From an uncultured Chloroflexia bacterium (GTDB lineage: Bacteria > Chloroflexota > Anaerolineae > Promineifilales > Promineifilaceae), in assembly GCA_963767495.1 (NCBI GenBank), contig CAVYDY010000004.1, forward strand, positions 156,985 through 220,984: a stretch of 64,000 bases of DNA, read 5' to 3'. The translations under genes and the position numbers were made by a program. The notes under the pieces are model-generated. The model saw only the letters and a program-made list of their open reading frames with translations, did no database searches and had not been told where the DNA came from. This document shows, one piece after another, positions 47,863 through 61,692 of the stretch. The stretch's first letter is position 1; the number at the start of each line of letters is the position of its first letter.

Positions 47863-50349
47863 GTGATGCCAACCCTTGACCGCCGCTACACGCCTTTTCT
47901 GGCTGTCCTCATCTACGCCCTCTTCGCGGCTGCGCTGACCTGGCCCGCGCTGGCCAATCTTGGGTCAGCGATCCCGGGCAATGAGGGAGACGCCTTTGTT
48001 CACTTGTGGACCTATCACTGGGTCAAGGATGTCCTGAGCAGCGGGCAGAGCCTTTTTTTCACTGATCGCCTCTTCTATCCGCAAGGGGTCGCGCTCTACA
48101 CCCATAATTTCGCCTGGATGAATATTGCCATGTGGCTGCCCCTGCAGGCGCTGGTGGGCGGGACAGCCGCCTATACACTGGTCTACTTGTTGGTCCTGGT
48201 CTCTAACGGCACGGCCGTCTATTTACTGGTGCGCCACCTGGCAGCCTTCGAGCCGGCCGCTTTCCTGGCCGGCTTCATCGTCACCGGTTGGCCGTACATC
48301 ATCACCCGCTTCAGCCAGCCCAATCTGATTTTCATCGCCTTTGTGCCTTTGGCGCTGCTGGCGATGCACCGTCTGACGCTGAGCAGACGCTGGATCGATG
48401 CGCTCTGGTTGGGGCTGGCCGTGGCCGGTATCGGCATCAGCCGCTACCAGATGCTGATCATGAGCGCACCACTGCTGCTGCTGGCGGCATTCTACTGGCT
48501 GTGGGAAGGGCCAGACGAAACGAGGCGCCGCTCCTTTTTTCAGCTGCTGGCTGCCGCCGCGTTGGCGCTGCTGCTGTTGGCGCCCTTCGCCGGGCCGGTC
48601 ATCCGCTTCCAGATGACGCGCGAATTCGCCGGCGATATTCTGCGCGATGAGGCGCAGTGGGGCGAAGCGGACCTATTGGGCTACTTCTTGCCCGGACTGG
48701 GCATGCCGCTGCTTGGTACGCTGGCGGCCGAGCGCTTTCCAGATATCTTGACGCACACGCCAATCGGTCTGATCACCCTGACCCTGGCCATCCTGGGCCT
48801 CTTCGCCCCAAGACGTGACAAATGGCTGTGGGTGAGTATGGCCCTGCTGCTTCTGCTGCTGGCGCTGGGCCGCGTGCTGACGGTCAATGGCCAGGTGCTG
48901 AACCCCCTGCCCTATGCATGGCTGGAAGACAATCTCTTCATCGTTCAGCTGATCCGCTATCCATCCCGCTTCTCGGCGCTGCTGGCGATCCCCATCGCGG
49001 TACTCGCCGGTTACGGTGTGCTGCTGCTTGGCAAGCTGTTATCCATGCGGGCGACCTGGGCAGCGACAACCGTCCTGGCCATCCTGATCGCCCTGGGCTA
49101 TCGCGTGCCTGAATACCCGCTGCTGCCTCTGGAAACACCGGCCTGGTATGAAACGCTGGCCGAAGAACCAGGCACATTCGGTCTGGCCACAATTCCCTTC
49201 ACGCGTACTTTTGACGAGTTCGCCATGACTTACCAGCTGACGCATCAAAAACCGCTGGTCGCCGGGCATGTCTCCCGCCCGCCGCGCGAAGCGTATGATT
49301 TCATCAATGAAACGCCGTTTCTGACGGGGCTGCGCGAACGCTCACCTGTACCGCCGCCGAGTGATGATATTTCCGGACAGTTACGACCGTTGGCGGCGAA
49401 CAATCTGCCCTACCTGGTCATTCACAAACGTTTCCTCCCGCCGGAGCAGACCAGCCAGTGGCGGCGCTGGATGGGCATCGCGCCATTCCATGAAGATGAG
49501 GATCTGCTGGTCTATCCTACCGCGCTGCAGGCCGGGGTAGATTATCGCGTGGAAGAGACGGCCGTGCCGGGCCTCGCCTATGTAGCGGGGCAACTTCATC
49601 CTAACTCGATCGGCATCGGCGACCCACTAAACGGTGTCACCCATTGGTCAGTCGGGGCGGAAACGATGCGCGACTGGACCGCCTGTTACGAGCTGCGAGA
49701 CGCCGCGGGAAATTCAGTTGAAGAAATCTGCCAGCCGCTGCAGTTTCCGGCGCAAAGCGGGAACGGCCAGCAGCTGGTAAGCGCTCCTTTCAGAATCGCC
49801 CTGGCGCGTTCCCCCAGCCAGGGAACCTACCAGGTCAGTGTGCGCCTGCCGGCGGGAGGTAGTCAGGACAGTAGGCGTTTCGAGATTGGTCCACTTTATG
49901 TAACCAGCGAGGGACGCCAGTTTAGCAGCCCCACGCCTGAAACATCAGCGGCCATATCCTTGGGAACGACGGTGGCGCTGGTTGGCTATGACGGGCCGCG
50001 CCTGGGCAATCAGAGCCTCGACCTAACGCTGTTCTGGCAGGCGGTCGAGGAAATGGACATCTCCTATAAGTTCTACGTGCATCTCTTCGACAGTGAGAGC
50101 GGCGAACTGGCAGCACAGGTGGACACTGTACCCCGCGATTGGACCTACCCCACCAATGTGTGGCATGCCGGGGAATATGTGAGCGACCGCTTATCGCTGC
50201 CCTTGTCGGCCCTGCCGCCGGGCACCTACCGTGTCGAAGCAGGCATCTACCATCCGGATACCGGCGAACGGCTGCCGGCGATTGGTGCGGACAGCGTACC
50301 GCTGCCAAACAGTTCGATTCCTTTGGGCGAGGTGACCGTAGGGAAATAG
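47863..50349 (+). CDS. large polytopic membrane protein with extracytoplasmic C-terminal domain (possible GT-C-type glycosyltransferase)
   Basis: About 13 hydrophobic helices in the first 430 aa, then a ~400-aa soluble domain. There is no motif I can name with confidence. Confidence 0.6.
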   Translation: MMPTLDRRYTPFLAVLIYALFAAALTWPALANLGSAIPGNEGDAFVHLWTYHWVKDVLSSGQSLFFTDRLFYPQGVALYTHNFAWMNIAMWLPLQALVGGTAAYTLVYLLVLVSNGTAVYLLVRHLAAFEPAAFLAGFIVTGWPYIITRFSQPNLIFIAFVPLALLAMHRLTLSRRWIDALWLGLAVAGIGISRYQMLIMSAPLLLLAAFYWLWEGPDETRRRSFFQLLAAAALALLLLAPFAGPVIRFQMTREFAGDILRDEAQWGEADLLGYFLPGLGMPLLGTLAAERFPDILTHTPIGLITLTLAILGLFAPRRDKWLWVSMALLLLLLALGRVLTVNGQVLNPLPYAWLEDNLFIVQLIRYPSRFSALLAIPIAVLAGYGVLLLGKLLSMRATWAATTVLAILIALGYRVPEYPLLPLETPAWYETLAEEPGTFGLATIPFTRTFDEFAMTYQLTHQKPLVAGHVSRPPREAYDFINETPFLTGLRERSPVPPPSDDISGQLRPLAANNLPYLVIHKRFLPPEQTSQWRRWMGIAPFHEDEDLLVYPTALQAGVDYRVEETAVPGLAYVAGQLHPNSIGIGDPLNGVTHWSVGAETMRDWTACYELRDAAGNSVEEICQPLQFPAQSGNGQQLVSAPFRIALARSPSQGTYQVSVRLPAGGSQDSRRFEIGPLYVTSEGRQFSSPTPETSAAISLGTTVALVGYDGPRLGNQSLDLTLFWQAVEEMDISYKFYVHLFDSESGELAAQVDTVPRDWTYPTNVWHAGEYVSDRLSLPLSALPPGTYRVEAGIYHPDTGERLPAIGADSVPLPNSSIPLGEVTVGK

Positions 50350-50595
50350 CGGATTCCGCGCAGGATTGCGCCGTGGCAGCATCGAATGGCAGCCATAGGT
50401 TTCATCTACATCCCCAGAACATTGATCGATCAGCCAGATGCATTTGTTGAGAAGCATGAATTGGGCACAGAGGACGCTGAGAAGACCCGGTGGACAAGAA
50501 CAGACATCCTCAGCGATCTCTGTGCCCCTCCGCGCGCGCTATGTCCGGTGAATAGGCTGTCCCGGGTCACAAAGACAACGGCTGCTTAGTACGGC

Positions 50596-51027
50596 TTATT
50601 CATCACCGTCCGCCGTACACCAATATTGAAGTTCAGCGCCGGTGGTGGGGTGATAGACGTAGTTGAGCCCGGTGAAGCCGTGGCCGCCGATGAACTGATT
50701 CTGAGGACCGCGTGCAGCGGGCAGCTGGTATAGTTGGGAGATCAAGGGATCGGTTTGTCCCGGCTCAGTCACCCAGAGACGCAGAGCGCGTTCGTTGTCA
50801 GACGCTCCGTCGCTATAGTCGGCATGGAACGACAGATCAGTGAAGCGGATCGCCTGCTGCGAATCTTCATCGGCTATCGTGATGGCTTCCTCCCGTTCGA
50901 TAGGCACGGAAACGCTGAGGCGATAGGCTGTGTGGCAGGTAATGGACGAGGCGCGGGCGGGCCCCGCTTCGCTCGCCGATTGGCAGGCGGCGAGGAACAG
51001 TCCAAGTAAGAGTAGTAATCTACACAT
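50596..51027 (-). CDS. lipoprotein, unknown function
   Basis: MCRLLLLLGLFLAAC is a signal peptide plus lipobox, taken from the internal ATG at 51027. Confidence 0.6.
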   Translation of the reverse strand: MCRLLLLLGLFLAACQSASEAGPARASSITCHTAYRLSVSVPIEREEAITIADEDSQQAIRFTDLSFHADYSDGASDNERALRLWVTEPGQTDPLISQLYQLPAARGPQNQFIGGHGFTGLNYVYHPTTGAELQYWCTADGDE

Positions 51028-51107
51028 GATAATCACCTCTCTCTCGAATGAATACGTTGCGGAATTGTACACGCTTCCGCGCATTTGGGCGGATAGGAAT
51101 TGGAGAA

Positions 51108-52012
51108 ATGATGCAAGAACCGCGACGTGAAAAACGGCCGTCTGCTTTGCAGAACTATGTGCATATCATCGGTGTGCACTACCCAGAACTGCAAGGGGCT
51201 GACGTGCGCATGGTCGCGCAGGGAGGGCAGTTTAATGATGCACTGATCGTTGACGACAAGCTGATCGTCCGTTTTCCCCGCTACGCTGAAGGGGTGGAGA
51301 CGATGCGCCGCGAAGTTGCTTTCCTGCATGCCGTTCGCGGACAGACAACGCTGCCCATTCCCGATCCCGTGTATGTCAATCTTAACGATGCCCCGCTGGG
51401 CGAAGCGTTCATGGGATATCGCCTGCTGGCGGGCAAACCGCTGTGGCGAGCGGCCGTTCTGGAACAGACCGACGAGCAGATTCTGGATCGGTGGGCGCAG
51501 CAACTGGCCGGTTTCCTGCGCGAATTGCATGGCATTACCGCGGAGGCGTTCGTCGGCGCGTGGACGGTCGTTGATGGGCTGGAAACGTGGCAGACGATGT
51601 ATGATGATATAGAAGGCAGCTCTCGCCGCTGATGCGCCTGGACGCCCGGCAGGCGGTAAGCGCCCATTTTAAATCCTTCTTGGATGACTCTGCCTTGAAC
51701 CAGTTCACGCCGGCGCCGCGGCATGGCGACTTCGGCAGCGGCAATATTCTCACGGATGAGCGGGGCATAGCGATCAGCGGCATCATCGATTTCGAATTCG
51801 CCGCTATCGGCGACCCCGCATTGGACATCGCCGCGCTGTCGACATTAGGAGATACGTTGTTCGGCCGTTTTGCTGCCGCCTACCCTGCCATTGAGACGAT
51901 GCTGCCTCGCGCCCGCTTCTACCGCGGCACTTATGCGCTGGCCGAAGCACTGCATGGATTCAAGAACGGGGATCAAGAGGCGTTTGAAGCGGGGATGGCC
52001 CTATACGTCTGA
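51108..52012 (+). pseudogene. aminoglycoside/choline-kinase-like phosphotransferase (APH family), interrupted by a 1-nt frameshift (ORF pieces 51048..51632 and 51632..52012)
   Basis: The N-lobe piece contains GGQFNDALIVDDKLIVRFP. The C-lobe piece contains the catalytic HGDFGSGNIL and IIDFE. The second frame is open from 51608 and reads QLSPLMRLDARQ. The pieces join if one base is added near 51615-51618. Confidence 0.8.
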
Positions 52013-52050
52013 TGGGTGGCGGCGGCCGCCCAGAATCAGCTGCTGATAGT

Positions 52051-53226
52051 CTACTGTTCGCTCTCCGCCGGCAGCAGCAGCCCGGCCAGGAAGGCGATGA
52101 TGGCCAGGACAGCCGTCAACTGCAGGGCCAATGCCAGTCCTATTTGATCAGCTGCATAGCCAACAAGCAAAACACCCAGGGAACCGCTGAAGAACATGAA
52201 GCCAAGGGCGAGTCCCGAGGCCATCGCGCGTTGTCCGGGCAGCAACTGCTGAACCATCAAGACCAGGACACTGTGTGGCATGCCAACAAAGAAACCGGCG
52301 GCAAGCAGCAGCGCCAGACGAATGACGTCGGTCGCATCGATGTAGAGGACCACGGGGATGATCGCGGCAGCGGCGGCGATCAGAATCACGACACGGCCGT
52401 TCCAGCGATCAGCCAGTATGCCGCCGGCAACGCCGCCCAGCGCAGAGCCAAGCATGAAGATACCTGACATGAGCCCAACATAGCTGGCGCTGTATCCTAG
52501 TTCCGTGAACAGTTTCGGAGCAAAGGTGATCGCGGAGAGGCTGATCGTGCTGGTACATAAGATAATGATGCTGAGCAGCAGCGCCCGGCGATAAGGCAGG
52601 CGACTCTGACTTTGCGGCGCGCTTGCTCCCTCACCCGGCCCGGCGGCCGGTTCGGCGACCTGATAATCGGCAGTCAACCATTTCCAGGCGCTGATCGTGG
52701 CCGTGAAGGCGGCCAGTGGCAGAATCACGTAGGCGGTCCGGCCGAAGTTCTCTAGTAGGATGCCGGCCGCTACCGGCCCGACGAATAGACCGAGCTGCCC
52801 CGCCATGAAGAATATCGACGTGGCCTGGGTTCGATGCGCAGCACTGGCCTGGCTGGCAACCATGGTGCCGGTTGGGTGAAAGGCGCCAGATCCTAGACCG
52901 GCCACCGTTAGGGCGGCCAGAGCCGGCCAAGGAGGTAACAGCGCCGCTGCGGCATAGAAGAAGACCATCCAACTGACGCCGCCGATAACCGGCCAGCGTG
53001 GACCGATGCGGTCGGCCAGACGGCCGAACAACGGCTGTGACAGCGCGTTGCCCACATTGTAAAGCAGGAGGACGATGGCGACCTGCACATTGCTGAGGCC
53101 AATAAGGAGGGCCAGGATGGCGACCAGCAGCGAACGGCTGCTGTTGAGGACATCAACGAAGAAATGTCCGTAGGCAACCGCCTGGTATTCTCGATTCTGC
53201 AGGTAGCTTGCTTCTGTTACAGCCAC
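52051..53226 (-). CDS. MFS transporter
   Basis: 12 predicted helices. An MFS loop 2-3 motif appears as GRLADRIGPR. Confidence 0.85.
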   Translation of the reverse strand: MAVTEASYLQNREYQAVAYGHFFVDVLNSSRSLLVAILALLIGLSNVQVAIVLLLYNVGNALSQPLFGRLADRIGPRWPVIGGVSWMVFFYAAAALLPPWPALAALTVAGLGSGAFHPTGTMVASQASAAHRTQATSIFFMAGQLGLFVGPVAAGILLENFGRTAYVILPLAAFTATISAWKWLTADYQVAEPAAGPGEGASAPQSQSRLPYRRALLLSIIILCTSTISLSAITFAPKLFTELGYSASYVGLMSGIFMLGSALGGVAGGILADRWNGRVVILIAAAAAIIPVVLYIDATDVIRLALLLAAGFFVGMPHSVLVLMVQQLLPGQRAMASGLALGFMFFSGSLGVLLVGYAADQIGLALALQLTAVLAIIAFLAGLLLPAESEQ

Positions 53227-53249
53227 GCCGTCACGCTCATGCTTGTCCG

Positions 53250-54545
53250 CTAATCCGCGCTGCGGGCCTGATTAACGGCCGTTTCGCTGCGCGCCACATT
53301 GAAATAGTAAAAGAGGCCCCAGATGACGGTCACGATTAGTGAGGTGATTGCGGAAAAAACCGTTACTTGGCGCGCATCGAAGCCTGCCGAATCCATCAGA
53401 TGACCGGCGACGTAGATGGAGATTGACTGCGTCAGCGTCAGTGCGGCGAATTCGAACGCGAAAACACGACCACGGAAACGATCGGGAACGATCATCTGCA
53501 AGAGTGCCGCCGAAAAGACCCATATTGTCCCTGACCCGAGGGTGCGCAGCATGGCCATCAGTAAGAAAACGGCGAGAGTGGGCGCCAGGCTCAAGCCATA
53601 GATGCCTGCCGTCAAGGAAATGAACCCGAGTAGAATACCGAGCATCAGCTTCCTTGGTGCGTCGCCAAGCCAGCGGCGCATGAATATCGGGCCCAAGCCC
53701 GTCCCCAAACCGGTGACAAAATAGATGACGCCCAAGGTCGCCGCGCCTGTCGCCGCCAGATTCAGGCGCCGCCCTACCCCGGCAAGGTCATTTTCGAAGT
53801 ATTCGTTGGCGTAGGTCACCTCCAATACGTTGATCGCCCCCCAGGCAAGCGAGCCGCCCGCTTTGGCCAAGCTGATCACAAAGATGAACTTCTCAGAACG
53901 CAGGTAGCGCATGCCATCAATGAACTGCAACCAGCCACCGGACGCTTGATCAGGGAAGCGTTCCCGCTGCGGTAAGACGATGCGCGAAATGAAGAAGGCA
54001 GACAACAGGAAGGTCAGCGCGTCGGCCACAAAAGCGGTTTCAATGCCGAATATGGCCGCCACTGCCCCACCGGCAAAAGCGCCCAGGGCTAACATCGTGC
54101 TCCAGGTAAATGAGTCGAGCGCGTTCGCTGTGACCAGATCCTCTTTGTCCACGATATTGGCGATAACGGCCGATTTCGCCGGCGTGAAGAGCGCGCTGAG
54201 TGTGAACTGAAAGAAGGTAAGGACGTAGAAGAGCCATATCTGGTCGGGGGAGCGAATAAGCAAGAAAGACAAGACTGTCGCCGCGCGCAAGAGATCGGTC
54301 AGGATCATAATACTGCGCCGGTTAAAGCGGTCGGCAAGGACGCCGGCTACGGGACTGAATAAGAAAAGGGGCAAAAAGCGCAGTAGAAAAAGCGTACTGA
54401 CTGCCAGGCCACTGTCCGTTAGACGGGTAATAAGCTCAGCGGAGGCGATGAGGTTAAACCAGTCGCCCAGATATGAGACGACGCTGCCTAACCAGAGGTT
54501 GCGATAATTAGAATTGTGACGAAGAAGAGTGATGTATTCGCGCAT
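53250..54545 (-). CDS. MFS transporter
   Basis: 12 predicted helices. An MFS motif appears as GVLADRFNRR. Confidence 0.85.
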   Translation of the reverse strand: MREYITLLRHNSNYRNLWLGSVVSYLGDWFNLIASAELITRLTDSGLAVSTLFLLRFLPLFLFSPVAGVLADRFNRRSIMILTDLLRAATVLSFLLIRSPDQIWLFYVLTFFQFTLSALFTPAKSAVIANIVDKEDLVTANALDSFTWSTMLALGAFAGGAVAAIFGIETAFVADALTFLLSAFFISRIVLPQRERFPDQASGGWLQFIDGMRYLRSEKFIFVISLAKAGGSLAWGAINVLEVTYANEYFENDLAGVGRRLNLAATGAATLGVIYFVTGLGTGLGPIFMRRWLGDAPRKLMLGILLGFISLTAGIYGLSLAPTLAVFLLMAMLRTLGSGTIWVFSAALLQMIVPDRFRGRVFAFEFAALTLTQSISIYVAGHLMDSAGFDARQVTVFSAITSLIVTVIWGLFYYFNVARSETAVNQARSAD

Positions 54546-54635
54546 GCGGGCTTGTCAACAATTCAGCCTCTCAACATCTCAGCAACTGGCTGACTAGCTG
54601 TTAAGCTGACTAGCTGATAAGCAAAACAAAAAAAG

Positions 54636-54759
<124 letters not shown>

Positions 54760-54855
54760 CTGATTAAAAACGATTTTGTTAAATGAAAATGAATAAGATG
54801 ATAATCACGTGTTTCGCACACGCTGCTAAAATTCCAAAGTCTCCGTATCATACTC

Positions 54856-57803
<2,948 letters not shown>

Positions 57804-58118
57804 ATATGATACGGAGAATTTGAAATTCTCGCTCGTATATATATTGTTTTACGTGTGTGCTGTGTACGTTACGATTATCATCGTTATTCAGTTTTCAAGG
57901 TGCGATCCAACAACAAAGTAAGCTGCTGGCCACTGTCACCTAGAGTGACAGTGGCCAATTTCCTACGTATTCGTTTGATTAAGGTGCAACAGAGACAAAA
58001 AAAGCTGGCACACAACCAGCAAGACAAGTCAGGTGTGATGCCTTTCCAAATTATGTCGTCTGGTTACGTTCCATTAAACTCACTCACCGGCAGCGCCGGC
58101 AGCCAACTCACTAGCCAG

Positions 58119-58191
<73 letters not shown>

Positions 58192-58208
58192 TTTTAAGGT
58201 TGGTAAGG

Positions 58209-58282
58209 TGGGCCTGGTTGGACTCGAACCAACGACCTCTCCCTTATCAGAGGAACGCTCTAACCGGCTGAGCTACAGGCCC
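58209..58282 (-). tRNA. tRNA-Ile (anticodon GAU)
   Basis: GGGCCTGTAGCTCAGCCGGTTAGAGCGTTCCTCTGATAAGGGAGAGGTCGTTGGTTCGAGTCCAACCAGGCCCA folds as a cloverleaf. It occupies the canonical spacer position. Confidence 0.95.
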
Positions 58283-58452
58283 TCATCCGCTGACGCGGAA
58301 AACAATTTGGCCTGGCCAAACCGTTTTTGGTTTGTAAATGGACTTTAACAACTGAAAAGTGATAGAAACGTAGCAATCTTGCACAGTCACTCTCCGAAGA
58401 GAATGCTTGACCTAGAATTTGATCATGCCTCGCGGCACAATCGGAATCCATA

Positions 58453-59957
<1,505 letters not shown>

Positions 59958-60030
59958 AAAGTTTGTATCCGTTCGTTTTACGGAACTATTTTAAAAATTG
60001 ACTTGTTTGACACAAGAATTGCTATTCGAT

Positions 60031-60059
60031 CGTTTCTATCACTTTTCAATTGTTAAAGT
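60031..60059 (-). other. 16S leader arm of the pre-rRNA processing stem, containing a boxA-like CTTTAACAA
   Basis: 29 nt, complementary (one G:U wobble pair) to 58342-58370 in the 16S-tRNA spacer. The transcript reads ..GUACUUUAACAAUUGAAAAGUGAUAGAAACG. Confidence 0.7.
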
Positions 60060-60223
60060 ACAGGGCGCTCTCAAAATCTATTCGCTAGATTGTTTGATTG
60101 CCCAGCAATACGGGACAAAAAACGGCCTCCAACGTGAAAGCCGTCTGGTACCTCGCATTTGCTATTCGTTGTTGTCTGAGTGCTTCACTTGTTAGTAACG
60201 GCACTCCGTCTGACAAGATCACT

Positions 60224-60251
60224 AGTGTATCACACTATTTCTGCTTGTCAA
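60224..60251 (-). promoter_or_regulatory. candidate rRNA operon promoter
   Basis: On the minus strand: TTGACA (60246-60251), 16-nt spacer, TACACT (60224-60229). It lies about 270 nt upstream of the mature 16S. Confidence 0.35.
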
Positions 60252-61061
60252 GTATTTCATTTGGCATTAAAAAACGGCTCCGGTTGGAACCGCCCACCTA
60301 ATGTCTGAAATGTATTGTGCGGCTTCGCGCATCGCTAACGGCACATGTTTTTAAACAACGATGGGAAGTATAGCCATCGCATATGGGCCTGTCAACTATC
60401 TGAGAATCGCTCTCATAAAAGGATCTAATCCTTGCGCAGGGGGTGAAAACAAAGGGGGAAACGGCCGTTCTTGCACCCCGGCCGCTGACCCTTCCTCTAT
60501 TGTAGATCGCCATAGTTCGCGCCCCTGCAGGCAGAGCCATCTCCTGGTTAGCCGGACGGCAGCCAGTTCAGGCAGCGCCTGGAGTCCCCCTACCCTACCA
60601 CCGGAATGATCGCAGCTGGGATCGGCAGCAGAGAGCCGGCACCCCATACGGCCACTTCCGGGCGACTTACATCCCCCCTTGGCTACGCCCTGTGCAGCAC
60701 GGCAAACTTTGCGTCTCTGCGGGCAGCGCGATTGCGCAGGCGGACGGCTGTACAGACAATATGAGCGGTACGCACTTCCTTACCAAAGGCGCGCCCCCAA
60801 CAGCACAGTTTTGCCGGTCGCGCAGATCCATCATCGACCTAACTGCCCACGTACGCCAGTCCACAGCCCAGATCCCCGCCAGGCATTTCCCATAGAACGG
60901 CCGAAACAGCCGTTTTGCATAGCAGATGCATTTCGCCGTTTAGCGGGAGCACAGCAGCCAGCCTCCCCCGAAAACAACGACGCAGCAGGCTCCCTTCTTA
61001 TAATAGGAAAGCTGCTGCAGCCGTTTCGCAGTAGACCACAGCTTAATTCTGATCAATATAC

Positions 61062-61086
61062 GAAAAAAGTGGCGGCGAATGCCGCC
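61062..61086 (-). terminator. rho-independent terminator of the ATPase operon
   Basis: On the minus strand: GGCGGC-attc-GCCGCC followed by ACTTTTTTCG. It lies 25 nt after the stop of the 61111..61683 gene. Confidence 0.75.
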
Positions 61087-61110
61087 AAAATGGGGCGAAT
61101 AGATTATTAG

Positions 61111-61683
61111 CTACTCATAACTATTAAAGGCTTCCTGGATGCTTTTGCGCATCTGATCGAGGCTCATTTCGCTGCCCTGAAAATCGCCGGCGGCCAGGTA
61201 ATGATCGAGCAAAACCAGGCCGAGGCTGAACGTTTCACTGCGGCTGGCGCCGAAAGCGGCATTCAGCGCACCATGGGCCCTGCCGAGCTCGATCACCTGC
61301 TGCGGAGACACACGCACGGACGTCCACTTCTCCTCACCCTCTTTCGGCGGCAGCGACATATCCCACAACAGATAGAGTGAATCCATGTCAGTCACGCCTT
61401 CCGGGATTTCGCGGTTGCGACCGGCGACAGCCCGTCGCAGCGCCTCCAGGCGCGCCGTCAGAATCGTGATCGTCAAGTCAGCAAGGTCAGCACGCGCAAG
61501 CCCATCAGGCAGCCGGCTGGCAAGAACTTTCATCAGCGCCTTCTCATCAGGGCGCAAAGCGACATAAACATTCTGGCGGCTGACTGTGCGCGGTGGACGA
61601 CCCCGCTTTGGCTTCTCCTTGAGCAAAGCCGCCATCGTGGCGGAATCGTACTCAACTGGTTCCGTCTTGTTTTTCTTGCTCAT
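61111..61683 (-). CDS. hypothetical protein with N-terminal AT-hook-like KRGRPPR motif
   Basis: Protein-like composition. Starts 9 nt after the ATPase stop codon. No recognisable domain apart from the basic GRP motif. Confidence 0.6.
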   Translation of the reverse strand: MSKKNKTEPVEYDSATMAALLKEKPKRGRPPRTVSRQNVYVALRPDEKALMKVLASRLPDGLARADLADLTITILTARLEALRRAVAGRNREIPEGVTDMDSLYLLWDMSLPPKEGEEKWTSVRVSPQQVIELGRAHGALNAAFGASRSETFSLGLVLLDHYLAAGDFQGSEMSLDQMRKSIQEAFNSYE

Positions 61684-61692
61684 GTGCGCGAA

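Noticed and set aside
52012-52467. 151-aa plus-strand ORF
   Set aside because: It is antisense to a well-supported MFS transporter gene and is Gly/Gln/Asp-rich low complexity.
60395-60470. Possible TPP riboswitch (CTGAGA ... GGATCTAATCC..GCGCAGGGG)
   Set aside because: It lacks the GGGG(U)GC / ACCC pairing partners of the THI element. No downstream plus-strand gene exists.
60679-61110. 143-aa plus-strand ORF and the small minus-strand ORFs in the rRNA-upstream gap
   Set aside because: The composition is not protein-like. There are no usable RBS; one AGGAG abuts its ATG with zero spacing. The ORF would run through the terminator of the convergent operon.
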